Origin: a bacterium
Lineage (GTDB): Bacteria; Electryoneota; Electryoneia; Electryoneales; Electryoneaceae
Assembly: GCA_963675295.2 (NCBI GenBank)
Contig: CAXXKJ010000002.1
Coordinates: 1,472,001 to 1,536,000 of the forward strand
DNA: 64,000 bases
Reading direction: 5' to 3'
Part shown: positions 11,401 through 20,065 of the stretch, piece by piece
How the letters are laid out: every line of letters begins with the position of its first letter
How positions within the stretch are numbered: the stretch's first letter is position 1
Notes under the pieces: generated by a model
What the model saw: the letters and a program-made list of their open reading frames with translations, nothing else
The model's database searches: none
What the model was told of the DNA's origin: nothing
Program-made: the position numbers and the translations under genes

Positions 11401-11832
11401 CAGGTCTTCAGTTTCTTTGTCCTCATGGAAATGCGCAAAGCTAAGCTGGCGCTTATCTTCCTCACCAAAGCTTGAAATGAAGAGAAGATCGGACATTTCC
11501 CAACGGGCCCGTACAGAACTGTTTGCCGATGACCGTTTCTTGATTACCAGACGGTTCAGGATACGACGCATCGCAACTACCGGCAGACGCTTCCTGTCGA
11601 ATTCAATGAAGAAGATGCCCCACGGCTGCTGGTCGTGAATTGGCCGGAGTTGGTGGATGGACCTGATCTTTGCGATTTCTTCCTCGCGAAGACCGAGTTC
11701 CTCTGGTGTGTATTCAAAGGTCAGTTCGTCGAATCCATATTCCTGTAGCGGCCAGTCGAGTTCATATTCCAGGTATTCGATTAGATCTTCAAACGTGGAA
11801 ATCTGGCGCAGACGCTCGGCTTCGGACGACAT
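8500..11832 (-). CDS. N6-adenine DNA methyltransferase with specificity domain (type ISP/IIG-like)
   Basis: GVFYTPRPVV, motif I ILDPATGTGTF, motif IV IANPPY, DDYIKF, NLHGD...NVFDI, YEIGGYPV.KKWLKDR. Confidence 0.9.
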   Translation of the reverse strand: MSSEAERLRQISTFEDLIEYLEYELDWPLQEYGFDELTFEYTPEELGLREEEIAKIRSIHQLRPIHDQQPWGIFFIEFDRKRLPVVAMRRILNRLVIKKRSSANSSVRARWEMSDLLFISSFGEEDKRQLSFAHFHEDKETEDLPTLHVLGWDGENTVLHLEHSVQTMKTRLRWPDDPTDTDTWREEWSKAFQVRHREVITTSKALAIRLAELAKVIRKKVNSALDSESEKGPLRTMMDSFKKALIHDLEEDDFADMYAQTIAYGLLTARISRPEGLVADNAADMVPVTNPFLKELLETFLKMGGRDRDGDNRGTGIDFDELGVNEVVQLLRDANMEAVLRDFGDRNPYEDPVIHFYELFLKEYDAKKRMQRGVFYTPRPVVSFIVRSVDELLRTEFGLEDGLADTTTWGEMGQRIDDFEIPNSADPEKPFVQILDPATGTGTFLVEVIGVIHTTMKKKWKSAGNSKTEIHDLWNDYVADSLLPRLHGFELLMAPYAIAHMKIGLKLIETGYDFKSSERARIYLSNSLEFITGHKQVSLKNILPALAKEATMVQNIMFNKLFTIIIANPPYAQMSANMSNSVKSMIDVYRYIDNLPISEKSALSLERNLNDDYIKFFRLSQLVTANIPNIIGYITNNSYLDALSLRGFRWNLISNCDRMMVVNLHGDADKKERTPEGKPDNNVFDIKKGVTINISYKLKSTTNEMLTLYKDIYGIRDDKYATLLKETATSLSLKVISPIRPNYIFDISDVSIDAEYNNYISCAELFNDFATGFTSGYDQLLTAFTKEELLDNIIKFSTLSDEIVTSEYRLTGVYAKDLFSRRKSMVTDNKLNGSIIKFLYAPFDIRYAYYNPEFVMTASYRVGKHLVEHDNIALMIMRQVSIGSYFTHALITNVLPNNRSFYSTKGKVAYLPQVLYYKQDVMGRIDNYTINNIKENVSIYYIYAILYSSKYRTRYDKQLRSDYPHIPITKSKVLYEKLETKGKELTNIHMLKKIDSLSSVSYENTSGASPRISSVLFKDNMIWIDKDKNISFSGISSKLWNYEIGGYPVCKKWLKDRGPKKGRPGRTLTDEDIEHYKKIIVAIQKTILIVGEIDEVIEEHGGWPNAFVID

Positions 11833-11841
11833 AACCTTCTC

Positions 11842-14800
11842 CTAGTTCAGTTCCATCCAGCATTTCAACACGGGAGAAACACCTGGTAAAGCGTTTAGCG
11901 GACGAAGGTGATCCTTGATCAGCTGCTTGTCCATCTTCTTTCGGATGTCCGTCAGCAAAGCACGGTCAAGCTCAGTGTGGCGATTGGTATCAGGGTAGGA
12001 TCGGATCTGTTTCGCAATCACGCCTGGTTCGGACAGCAAACGTTCACTGTTCAGATCGTACAGGAGCCAGACAGTATAACCGGCATCATCGGACCAACGC
12101 TGATTTCCATTTTCATCTGGGATCAAATTCTTGTCCGGGCGTGGAATACGGTAGCAGAAGAACACCCCCTTCGCGCCGTTCTTCTCCGCTTTCTTGCCCG
12201 AGAACGTTTTTAGCGGAAGGTTCGCAACAGATTCCGCCAAATCTGCATGATCCCGCACCAGTTCATCATATTCAAGGCGGAGATCTTCAATGTCGCTACG
12301 CTTGCCTTCGTACTTTTCGTTCAGCTCACGGATTTGTTCGTATTGATCTTCAGGCGTCAACAAGGTTTGGCCCTCGATGCCAAGCGTCTTCGATATCACG
12401 ACAACCTTGTTCGTGACTGTGCGGTACAGGCTGAGCAGGTTTTCCAGTTCGTTCGGCGGCAGAAAATTCCAGTACGTAACCTTACCGCGATATTTAACCT
12501 GCTCGGGATGATCCCTCGTTAGGGCTTTTTCGTGGTCTGGATTCAGACGCCGGTCAATTCGGCCAATCCGCTGCATCATCCGTACGGGGTTCCAGTGCAG
12601 GTCGTAGTTTACAAGGGCTGTGGCATCCTGCAGGTTCAGACCCTCCGCTAAAATATCTGTCGCAATCAGGACGCGGATTTCCTTCCTTTTCTGTGTTGCC
12701 AGAATTTCGGAAGACGATTTGTTGTAGTATGGGGAGAAGCGTTTGATCGTCGCGCTTCTGTGTTTCTGCGAACTGCTACCGTCGATGCGCTCCAGATCTT
12801 CGATACTAGCTTCTTTCAGTTCCTTCTCGAGATAGCGAGCGGTATCTGAAAACTCTGTGAAGACAATCACCTTTTGTTCACGCAACTCCTTGCTCTGCAG
12901 TAGTTTCTTCAGTGTCTGCAGTTTGTCATCGTTCGCCGGTTTGATCTTAGAAACTTCTTCCAAGAATTCGGCAATTTGATTCATGTCATCTAATGTGTCA
13001 TCAATAATGTCATCGAGATTGAATTCATCTGGATCTAAGTCTGTTACATTGTTAAGGATGTCTTCAGTTAAAAAATCTTCCACTTGATCTTCTGATGCTT
13101 CTTTCGGCCATAACTCTTCTTGATGGTTCTTGATCAAGCCCACAAGATCAGCATATTTAGCATCCCACTTCTTTAGACGGCGAATGTCATGTTCGGTCGC
13201 AGCATACGTCTGAACCCAGGCATACAATTTCTGTAGTAGTCGATAGCAGGAACCTTCGAACGCCCTGGCTGAACTTTCGAAACGCTTCAGGAAAAGTGTG
13301 CGGATCAATGAAACAACCTGTTTCTGGCGACCTTCATCAAACGACTGGCTTTGTGAATCATCTTCTTCGCCGATCCGGTAGAATAGTGGATAGTAAATTC
13401 CCAGCATGAACAATGGGGTCTTCTTGCTGAACGCCTTTTTCACCTTCACGAGTAGCTCACCGTACGTTTTCTGCAAGTCGTAATCGGCAACCTGGGGAAG
13501 ACCACGTTCAGGGAAGATCGCGTTGTTGCCACCATGAAGCTTTTGGCTTGCCTTCACATATGACCGGCTACGCTGGATTACTAATGTGTCGAAGATCTTA
13601 TCCTTGTGCAGCGCTTCTTCGGCTTCTTCGATTTGGTCTGATGTAATCAGTGTGAGCTGGTCGTCGTCTGGAAGCTTATTCAGGATTCGCTTTTCGAGAT
13701 TGATGAAGTGCCTGCGCAGGTTATGGATGCCAAGGCTGTTGGCGAAGTAGTTATCCAAGGCATTAGTGCGAAGTTCAATGATATGACGGAAGTCGTGGAC
13801 TGAGTTGTTGATTGGGGTGGCTGTAAGGAAGAATAATCGCTTCTGGCGGTCCCCTCCATTTAAATACTGCTGGAGCTTGCGATAGCGCGATGGGGCTTTC
13901 GCCCCCTGACCTTTCACCCCAGGATTTCTGAAGTTATGCGCTTCGTCGATGATAATCGCATCAGCATCTCGAAGCGTCTGCTCCATCTGCCGTGGCCATT
14001 TTCCCTCCCGCTGGAGGTCGGTGTGGTTATACACAATCAGGTTGACAAATCCATTCCAAACCTCTTCAAGAAAATCGTCCAGTACAGTCTGCCAGACATC
14101 TTCCCTAGCAGCTTTCGGGGCAAAAAGTACGACTTGCTTCGCATCCTTGAATACAAGTCGTTCGATCAGCATCAGCCCGACATAGGTCTTACCCAGGCCC
14201 ACACCGTCGCACAGAAACGCACAGCCGTGTTCGTCAGCGATCCTTAGTAGATTGCGATAAGCATCTTGCTGATATCTGTCGAGAAGCGGAAAAATCTTTG
14301 ATTTCGTCTCATCCCATTCATCTGGTTCGAGATCTTTGCCACGGAAGAATTCTTGCAAAGATTTCATCCAGACAACGAATGGTGTTTTCGGTTCGATATG
14401 ACGTTCGATAGTCCGCAGAATTTCAGGAGTAACTTCTTGGGCTTCATCCCAATGTCGTTCGTACCAGTCTTGTAGAAGACGAACCTCAGGTCCGCTAATT
14501 TTGACGTTCAGTTCGACATTATCTGACAGGCCGGGGTAAGTAAAATTCGATGAACCTACTAGGGCGAATGATCCAACCACTTTTTCACGTGCATGTGTGA
14601 TATATGCTTTTGCATGAAACTTATCTTTTGTGTACACACGACAAACAATATATCCAGATCTAATAGCCTCTACAATTGCTGGAACACCTTCTAAAAAATC
14701 ATTTTGTTCCTTTTCTTTCTCAATACTTTCTTCGAGCTTTTCATTCAATTGCTGAATACCACTTGTTATTGCCCGCTTTGTACGTCTGCTTAATTCGTCA

Positions 14801-15000
14801 CCGAATAAAATCCTGATGTTGTCTATCTGCTGCCATTTTTCGTCCAGCCCTAAAAGGCTTCCAATTTCGAAATATCCGGTAGCGACGTCCAACCCTGACG
14901 ATATATTACACCATCCAGCTAAGTAGTCCAAGACTTTCCAGTCACTGTCACTGTTGTCTACAATGAACGGATCGCCTTCTGGTTCGCGAGTCTGCGGCAT
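11842..15000 (-). CDS. PLD-nuclease domain fused to SNF2-family helicase
   Basis: FHAKAYI...GSSNFT...N.ELN (PLD); DGVGLGKT, IIDEAHNFRN, TATPINN, EGLNLQ, QRIGRIDR; AGGAG RBS before ATG 15000. Confidence 0.9.
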   Translation of the reverse strand: MPQTREPEGDPFIVDNSDSDWKVLDYLAGWCNISSGLDVATGYFEIGSLLGLDEKWQQIDNIRILFGDELSRRTKRAITSGIQQLNEKLEESIEKEKEQNDFLEGVPAIVEAIRSGYIVCRVYTKDKFHAKAYITHAREKVVGSFALVGSSNFTYPGLSDNVELNVKISGPEVRLLQDWYERHWDEAQEVTPEILRTIERHIEPKTPFVVWMKSLQEFFRGKDLEPDEWDETKSKIFPLLDRYQQDAYRNLLRIADEHGCAFLCDGVGLGKTYVGLMLIERLVFKDAKQVVLFAPKAAREDVWQTVLDDFLEEVWNGFVNLIVYNHTDLQREGKWPRQMEQTLRDADAIIIDEAHNFRNPGVKGQGAKAPSRYRKLQQYLNGGDRQKRLFFLTATPINNSVHDFRHIIELRTNALDNYFANSLGIHNLRRHFINLEKRILNKLPDDDQLTLITSDQIEEAEEALHKDKIFDTLVIQRSRSYVKASQKLHGGNNAIFPERGLPQVADYDLQKTYGELLVKVKKAFSKKTPLFMLGIYYPLFYRIGEEDDSQSQSFDEGRQKQVVSLIRTLFLKRFESSARAFEGSCYRLLQKLYAWVQTYAATEHDIRRLKKWDAKYADLVGLIKNHQEELWPKEASEDQVEDFLTEDILNNVTDLDPDEFNLDDIIDDTLDDMNQIAEFLEEVSKIKPANDDKLQTLKKLLQSKELREQKVIVFTEFSDTARYLEKELKEASIEDLERIDGSSSQKHRSATIKRFSPYYNKSSSEILATQKRKEIRVLIATDILAEGLNLQDATALVNYDLHWNPVRMMQRIGRIDRRLNPDHEKALTRDHPEQVKYRGKVTYWNFLPPNELENLLSLYRTVTNKVVVISKTLGIEGQTLLTPEDQYEQIRELNEKYEGKRSDIEDLRLEYDELVRDHADLAESVANLPLKTFSGKKAEKNGAKGVFFCYRIPRPDKNLIPDENGNQRWSDDAGYTVWLLYDLNSERLLSEPGVIAKQIRSYPDTNRHTELDRALLTDIRKKMDKQLIKDHLRPLNALPGVSPVLKCWMELN

Positions 15001-15033
15001 AGCATCTCCTACTATTGCAAGTAGAGTGGCATC

Positions 15034-15062
15034 AAGGTAGTGCGGCAAGTGTATGGAGGCAA
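15034..15062 (-). promoter_or_regulatory. Possible sigma70 promoter for the helicase-MTase operon
   Basis: TTGCCT-N17-TACCTT on the minus strand, ~35 nt upstream of the ATG. Confidence 0.35.
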
Positions 15063-15155
15063 AGTGTTGAAGGGTCTAGGTCCATTTGACTATCGCCCCT
15101 GGTCGTGGGTCAGATCCCCCACGAATTCTCTAGCTTTGCTTCCATCGTGATCACA

Positions 15156-15782
15156 TCAGTCAGCACGCAGTTCAACCAGACCGGTGTTTTCTTCCTCAAT
15201 CAGCCGCTGCAGTAGATTGACAGCAGTTGCGAAGTCACCACCAAGTGGGTTTTCAAGAAGGGTGGCCGCTGCTTTAATAAATTCACCTTGCTCACGATAA
15301 AGCTCTGCCATCATCAAACGGTCACTTGGTTCGTTCTCATCCATGAATCCTATAAGTGCATTCATGTTCGAAATGTCATCATTCGACAGTGGATCTGCGT
15401 CTTCAACACCACGTCGTAGATCATTCCTTGCCCACCACAGATGCAGCCTGAGATACCTTTCTTGTTTTCTGTCATTTCCACCCCGATCCAGCATCTGGAT
15501 ATAATCGGTCATTTCAAGGGATAATGAGTTTACCGCCCCTGGGTAGTTTTCGTCTACCTGGAAACGATATAGTTCGTCTATGTTTTCAAATTCATCCTTC
15601 CATCCAGCATGACTGCACTTGTGGCATTTCAGTAAGTGATGGACAATCAAGTCCATAGGCGCCACCATTCTGCCGTCGGTCCAGTACGTAGCTCCAAAGG
15701 TGTTGCCGGATAGCCATGTCTGCTCAAGTAACAACCCTTCACATTCAGGGCATTTACGAACTATTGTTGGTCCTGGCTGCAT
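15156..15782 (-). CDS. Hypothetical protein with zinc ribbon and TPR-like C-terminus
   Basis: CPEC...CHKC; C-terminal AELYREQGEFIKA helix pair. Confidence 0.7.
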   Translation of the reverse strand: MQPGPTIVRKCPECEGLLLEQTWLSGNTFGATYWTDGRMVAPMDLIVHHLLKCHKCSHAGWKDEFENIDELYRFQVDENYPGAVNSLSLEMTDYIQMLDRGGNDRKQERYLRLHLWWARNDLRRGVEDADPLSNDDISNMNALIGFMDENEPSDRLMMAELYREQGEFIKAAATLLENPLGGDFATAVNLLQRLIEEENTGLVELRAD

Positions 15783-15812
15783 GTTTTTAGACCCTTCGTC
15801 GCTATTCTTTGT

Positions 15813-16145
15813 TTATGCCGCTTTATCTCTGAATACTGTTATGAGCACATCATCTTCAGATGTAATGACACATACATTTATTGCGCGTTCTATGTCTTTT
15901 AACCACTCATGTCTGCTTTTTTCAGAAATATTTCTAACACTATTCCTTTCCGCACTATTAACTGCTCCTGTACGCCACTTATGCTGCATGTATAATTCTT
16001 CAATCATCTTCCTCGGAATACTATACATACGTTTACCACCTTTTAAATTGCTAACAGCCCCATGTATCACAACATATTCAGCTGTACATTCATCAATATT
16101 CCGCTGTCTACACCTATCTACGAAGTGTTGTGTCTTTTCAAACAT
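15813..16145 (-). CDS. DUF4258-like (RelE-fold) putative toxin
   Basis: TQHFVDRCRQRNI at the N-terminus and VLITVF at the C-terminus; AAGGAGG RBS before ATG 16145; basic protein. Confidence 0.6.
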   Translation of the reverse strand: MFEKTQHFVDRCRQRNIDECTAEYVVIHGAVSNLKGGKRMYSIPRKMIEELYMQHKWRTGAVNSAERNSVRNISEKSRHEWLKDIERAINVCVITSEDDVLITVFRDKAA

Positions 16146-16158
16146 GAAACCCTCCTTT

Positions 16159-16770
16159 CTAGGCAAATGGTATTTCTTCAGTTACTATTTTATCTCTTGC
16201 TAAATCACCTTCAATAAAACCAATAATGTTTTCCAATGTTATTAAGGGCCATCCCATAGCCCTATAAACTTCATCTTCCTTGTCACTTATTATATTATCA
16301 ATATCCCTTTGAACTTTATAACAATATGATAACAGTTTTTTCATTTCTTCAAGTGCTAATAATTGCTTATTACGTTTATTTTCGAGATAGTTATTATGCG
16401 TATAGTAAGACCATGATACCATATTCGCGAATATAAAGTCACGGCTGTGTTGCGATACTTTTGTCGCGTTATTAATTCTGTTTAATGTTTTTTCTCTAAT
16501 TGCAAAATTCTTTTTTTCAAAAGTTTTTTCATCATATTCAAAGCCGTTTTCTTTATTATATTCAATTACATAGTCAATGATTTTATGGAAATCTTGAGCA
16601 AATACTGAATCAAGAAATTCAACTGTCGGATAATCATTCTCTCTTAGCTCGTCAATGTATTCGATGACAATTTTCGGCAACTTAAAAGTTGTTCGCGCTG
16701 TTTTCGTGGTCCTTGAAGATTCCAAATTCTTATTTATCTCATCAAGTTTCTTTTTTGCGTTTTCGTTCAT
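16159..16770 (-). CDS. Putative antitoxin/regulator with ribbon-helix-helix-like motifs
   Basis: TARTTFKLPKIVIEYIDEL and KKNFAIREKTLNRIN; directly upstream of the toxin-like gene; GGAG RBS. Confidence 0.5.
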   Translation of the reverse strand: MNENAKKKLDEINKNLESSRTTKTARTTFKLPKIVIEYIDELRENDYPTVEFLDSVFAQDFHKIIDYVIEYNKENGFEYDEKTFEKKNFAIREKTLNRINNATKVSQHSRDFIFANMVSWSYYTHNNYLENKRNKQLLALEEMKKLLSYCYKVQRDIDNIISDKEDEVYRAMGWPLITLENIIGFIEGDLARDKIVTEEIPFA

Positions 16771-16809
16771 CTTGCTCTCCAAATGTTATCTGAGTACCAA
16801 CTGGGGATA

Positions 16810-16838
16810 AACATACGGAATGCGATGAGGGATGTCAA
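16810..16838 (-). promoter_or_regulatory. Strong sigma70 promoter for the TA-like operon
   Basis: TTGACA-N17-TATGTT on the minus strand. Confidence 0.7.
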
Positions 16839-16948
16839 GTAGTAGGACTCCAAGTGAATGGTAGGATATTGTGTAGTGCGTAGGTGGCCGTGTCTGCAAT
16901 AGGCTGGATCTACTGTGCCAATGTTGATGCGCGTTTTTCTCAAAATTC

Positions 16949-18493
16949 CTAGTTTGTGGGGGTTTCAGCCAGGCCGTAAACCCTATTTATGAGCGCGACC
17001 ATAGCTTCAGTATCACGTCGACAGTAAATCCACAAATCGTTGCGGATATTTTCAATCTCCGGATCTTCGTCGCCAGAAACTTTCCGTGCCTCCATTCGAT
17101 CGATCATCTCCAGAAACCTCAATGCAGCCGTGTCACCGTCTGCTATTGCTAATCCATCGTACGATAAGTCGTCGCACAGTGCTGGAAGAACTGATTTGAT
17201 GGAGAAGCTGCCTTCGAATTTTGGGTGGTAAACGTGTTCACGAATTATCGGAAGAAGGTCCATTAGTCTGTCTTGAATTGCTGAAAGATCGCTTTCCAGA
17301 TCTGGGCAGGCTTGAATCAACTCTCCCAGCATCCGATGCTCGTAACCGGAGTAGGTCAGTATCTTTCCTGAAACGATTGAAGCTTGTTGAATCAGTGCTT
17401 CTGAGAGTGGTCTTCGTGGGTCTGAAGAATCTGAATGCAGATACCCATCATGGAGTACGGTTTGCCCAGGACCACGTTCAAGGTGCAACGAAAACTGGAA
17501 GGGGATTGCCTGGAATGGGCGTGTTCCTGCCCACCGAGGAAGCGAAGTCAGACTACCGGTGCTTTCAAAATCCAGATGATATCGTGGATACCCAATCGCG
17601 TCGATTTGCTCCTTTAGTCCTCTTTCAATTTGAAGCTTACCTGTTTGATGCGCCCGTAACGCACGAGCTTGTGTAGCATTCAACGTAGAGGCGTCAAGTT
17701 GATCAAGCTCGTCAATGCCCTCGTCATGCCACTTGTCTGCACGAGCGGGCCCAGCTCCTGGAAGCAATGTCAATTCATCACGTGGTGGGATTTCACATGC
17801 AGTTCCAAGAAATGGGCAAGCGTATGGATCCGAACATTGGGACCCGGGGTAAACGACAGGAGCGGACGAACTGTCAATGACCTGTGTACCAAGTTCTAGA
17901 AGCTGGTTCACTTCACCAAGATACTGATCGGTTTGTGTTGTGAGATCGTGTTCGGAATACAGTTGCTGCAAATCATACTCGCCGCCTGGGTAGACATATT
18001 CCTTGTTCAGGTGCAGCACACCTGCCCTAACGATTTCGAGCTGAAATTCATTTTGTTTTGCCCAGAATTCGATGATCTTTCGTTGTATGGCAACATCGAT
18101 TTCATGGATGTCCTTCGCTGATCCGACCGACTTCACTTCCCACAGCTCCCATTGCTGGCCATGCAAGCGCACCATGATATCGGCACGGATAAACGTGCGC
18201 TGTACAATGAATGCAGCTTCATAGATGGCTTTACACTTGGGATCTTCAAGTAGGGCTCGTGTTTGACCGAGGGCACCTTCCACATCCCAATATTCAGTAT
18301 CAACCAGTACGCCACCAGACCAACGGTCACGAGCTAGCTCACCAATCCGAGTACCATTGTCAAAACGTGCCTGGGTGGCCACGTCTGTTTCAGCAGCTAA
18401 CTCGCGGTGATATACTTCGTTCCACAATCGCAACGGACACTGGCGTAAAGAAAGCAGTTTTGATTTGGAAAGGGATTTTCTATGCATGAACAT
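16949..18493 (-). CDS. DUF2779 protein (Cas4/RecB-like nuclease plus RNase H-like exonuclease domain)
   Basis: LSKSK...QCPLRLW; RADI...EVKS; C-cluster CSDPYACPF...C; LDFES, PFQFSLH, SIKSVLP, YCRRDT. Confidence 0.85.
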   Translation of the reverse strand: MFMHRKSLSKSKLLSLRQCPLRLWNEVYHRELAAETDVATQARFDNGTRIGELARDRWSGGVLVDTEYWDVEGALGQTRALLEDPKCKAIYEAAFIVQRTFIRADIMVRLHGQQWELWEVKSVGSAKDIHEIDVAIQRKIIEFWAKQNEFQLEIVRAGVLHLNKEYVYPGGEYDLQQLYSEHDLTTQTDQYLGEVNQLLELGTQVIDSSSAPVVYPGSQCSDPYACPFLGTACEIPPRDELTLLPGAGPARADKWHDEGIDELDQLDASTLNATQARALRAHQTGKLQIERGLKEQIDAIGYPRYHLDFESTGSLTSLPRWAGTRPFQAIPFQFSLHLERGPGQTVLHDGYLHSDSSDPRRPLSEALIQQASIVSGKILTYSGYEHRMLGELIQACPDLESDLSAIQDRLMDLLPIIREHVYHPKFEGSFSIKSVLPALCDDLSYDGLAIADGDTAALRFLEMIDRMEARKVSGDEDPEIENIRNDLWIYCRRDTEAMVALINRVYGLAETPTN

Positions 18494-18501
18494 ACTGCGC
18501 C

Positions 18502-19440
18502 TCAAAGTTTGAGAAAATCTTCCCATTCTATTCTTTCAGACAGGTTCTTCTGTTGAAATTCTGAGGCTTTGTGCGGCTTGCCAGAAAAATGAAAAGTTTG
18601 TATAGTGCCGTCATCAAATTCGATTTGGTAGTTTGGGGCTGTTTCACCCGTGTTACCAACCCACACATAACGAGGTATTATTTCCGGATATTCGGAATTT
18701 TCAAGAAGCGTACTTAGGTTAGATACTATTGAGTCTCGTATGTCAGGTGTTACATTCTTATTCACTTCATCATCATTTAATTTTATTGCACTACTTGCAA
18801 CAAAATCGTATGATTTTAATGCAACACCTAATATGTGAAGGAAATAGTCATTTCTAAAATCCTCTAACTTGGCGAATTTATCGTAAATTTCCTTCCATGT
18901 AATAACAGGTACTTTCAATGGTTCAGTAAACTTTTTGTATTGTTGTTCAGCTAGTAATAAGATATGAATTGGAGCCCTCCTGGTTGATAAGTTTTTACAT
19001 AGATGATTAATAACTTCCTTTTGTTTACTAACTTGATATTTTAGATCAGCAGTTGTTGTATATCCAAATAATTTAGCTTCTATAACTATTAATATAATTG
19101 TGTTATCAGGATATACAATGTTAAAAACAATATCCGGTGTATCAAATCGGCGAGGAGGGCTACCATAGGTTTTTATAACGTTTCCAACCCACGCTTTCTT
19201 CAAATTGTATTCTGTAAATATTTGGATATTTGTTCTGTTTCTATCAGCACAAATCGCAGGCCATTCTACTTTATTTTGCAACTTTTCATTTATCAAATTT
19301 AAAAATACCGATATATATTCAAATTGATTTTTGCATATGATTTGAGGTAATACAGTAGCCGTGTAAAATCGCTCATCCCGGCTTAACGGAAGACCCTTGC
19401 CAGAATTATCGATCCCGAAAACCTCCTCCACAGATTGCAT
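18502..19440 (-). CDS. Putative PD-(D/E)XK nuclease
   Basis: RDERFY; TPDIVF...IVIEAK; ITWKEI; AT-rich. Confidence 0.65.
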   Translation of the reverse strand: MQSVEEVFGIDNSGKGLPLSRDERFYTATVLPQIICKNQFEYISVFLNLINEKLQNKVEWPAICADRNRTNIQIFTEYNLKKAWVGNVIKTYGSPPRRFDTPDIVFNIVYPDNTIILIVIEAKLFGYTTTADLKYQVSKQKEVINHLCKNLSTRRAPIHILLLAEQQYKKFTEPLKVPVITWKEIYDKFAKLEDFRNDYFLHILGVALKSYDFVASSAIKLNDDEVNKNVTPDIRDSIVSNLSTLLENSEYPEIIPRYVWVGNTGETAPNYQIEFDDGTIQTFHFSGKPHKASEFQQKNLSERIEWEDFLKL

Positions 19441-19471
19441 CGCATCCCCCGTCTCATGTTAAATAATAGTT

Positions 19472-19777
19472 CTATACTTGGGAATCATCCCCTTTCCAAC
19501 TCTCGCCGTTGATTTGATCAAGAAGCCTTTCCAAATTAGGACGGATATCTTGATCAGCGCTTTCCAGGCCTTCAAGGCAAATCTTTTTTGCATCTGCTAC
19601 CTGGCCCAGGTCAAGCAACAATTGTGCAGCCAGTCCACATGCATACGGATGCGCATCGGCTGTTGCCCACCGGCTGAAGATAACCGACTGCTGCGCACTT
19701 TGCGTTGCGCTGTTGACAAAGCCTTCGCTCGCCTCATGACTAGCACGTGCAAGTAATACCTTACTCATTTCGGCCAA
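19472..19777 (-). CDS. Small helical/TPR-like hypothetical protein
   Basis: AAQLLLDLGQVADAKKICLEGL helix pair; co-oriented with downstream genes; TTG start uncertain. Confidence 0.4.
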   Translation of the reverse strand: MAEMSKVLLARASHEASEGFVNSATQSAQQSVIFSRWATADAHPYACGLAAQLLLDLGQVADAKKICLEGLESADQDIRPNLERLLDQINGESWKGDDSQV

Positions 19778-20065
19778 AGCATCGCCGAAACAGATTCGAA
19801 AGGCTCGGTCGAAGGAGATAGGATCAGAACTAATATCTATGTTTTCTGCGCTAATGTGACCGACCTCCTTGCTAGCTAATCTAAGACCAAAACCATTTTA
19901 CCTACAGCTCTAAATCCGTCCCACTTCTGATGTCAGAGAATCTACCACTTTGGAAAAGTTAAAATTTTGCCGTTCAATTGCGAACATGAATTCAGATCAT
20001 TAGATTTGCTGCTCAGTAGATGCGCGAACTTCTCAAAGATAAATCACTCTCACAAGGGAACTAAA

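Noticed and set aside
8500-15000. DISARM or BREX assignment
   Set aside because: No DrmA/DrmB (DUF1998) and no PglZ/BrxC recognisable; the PLD is fused to the helicase.
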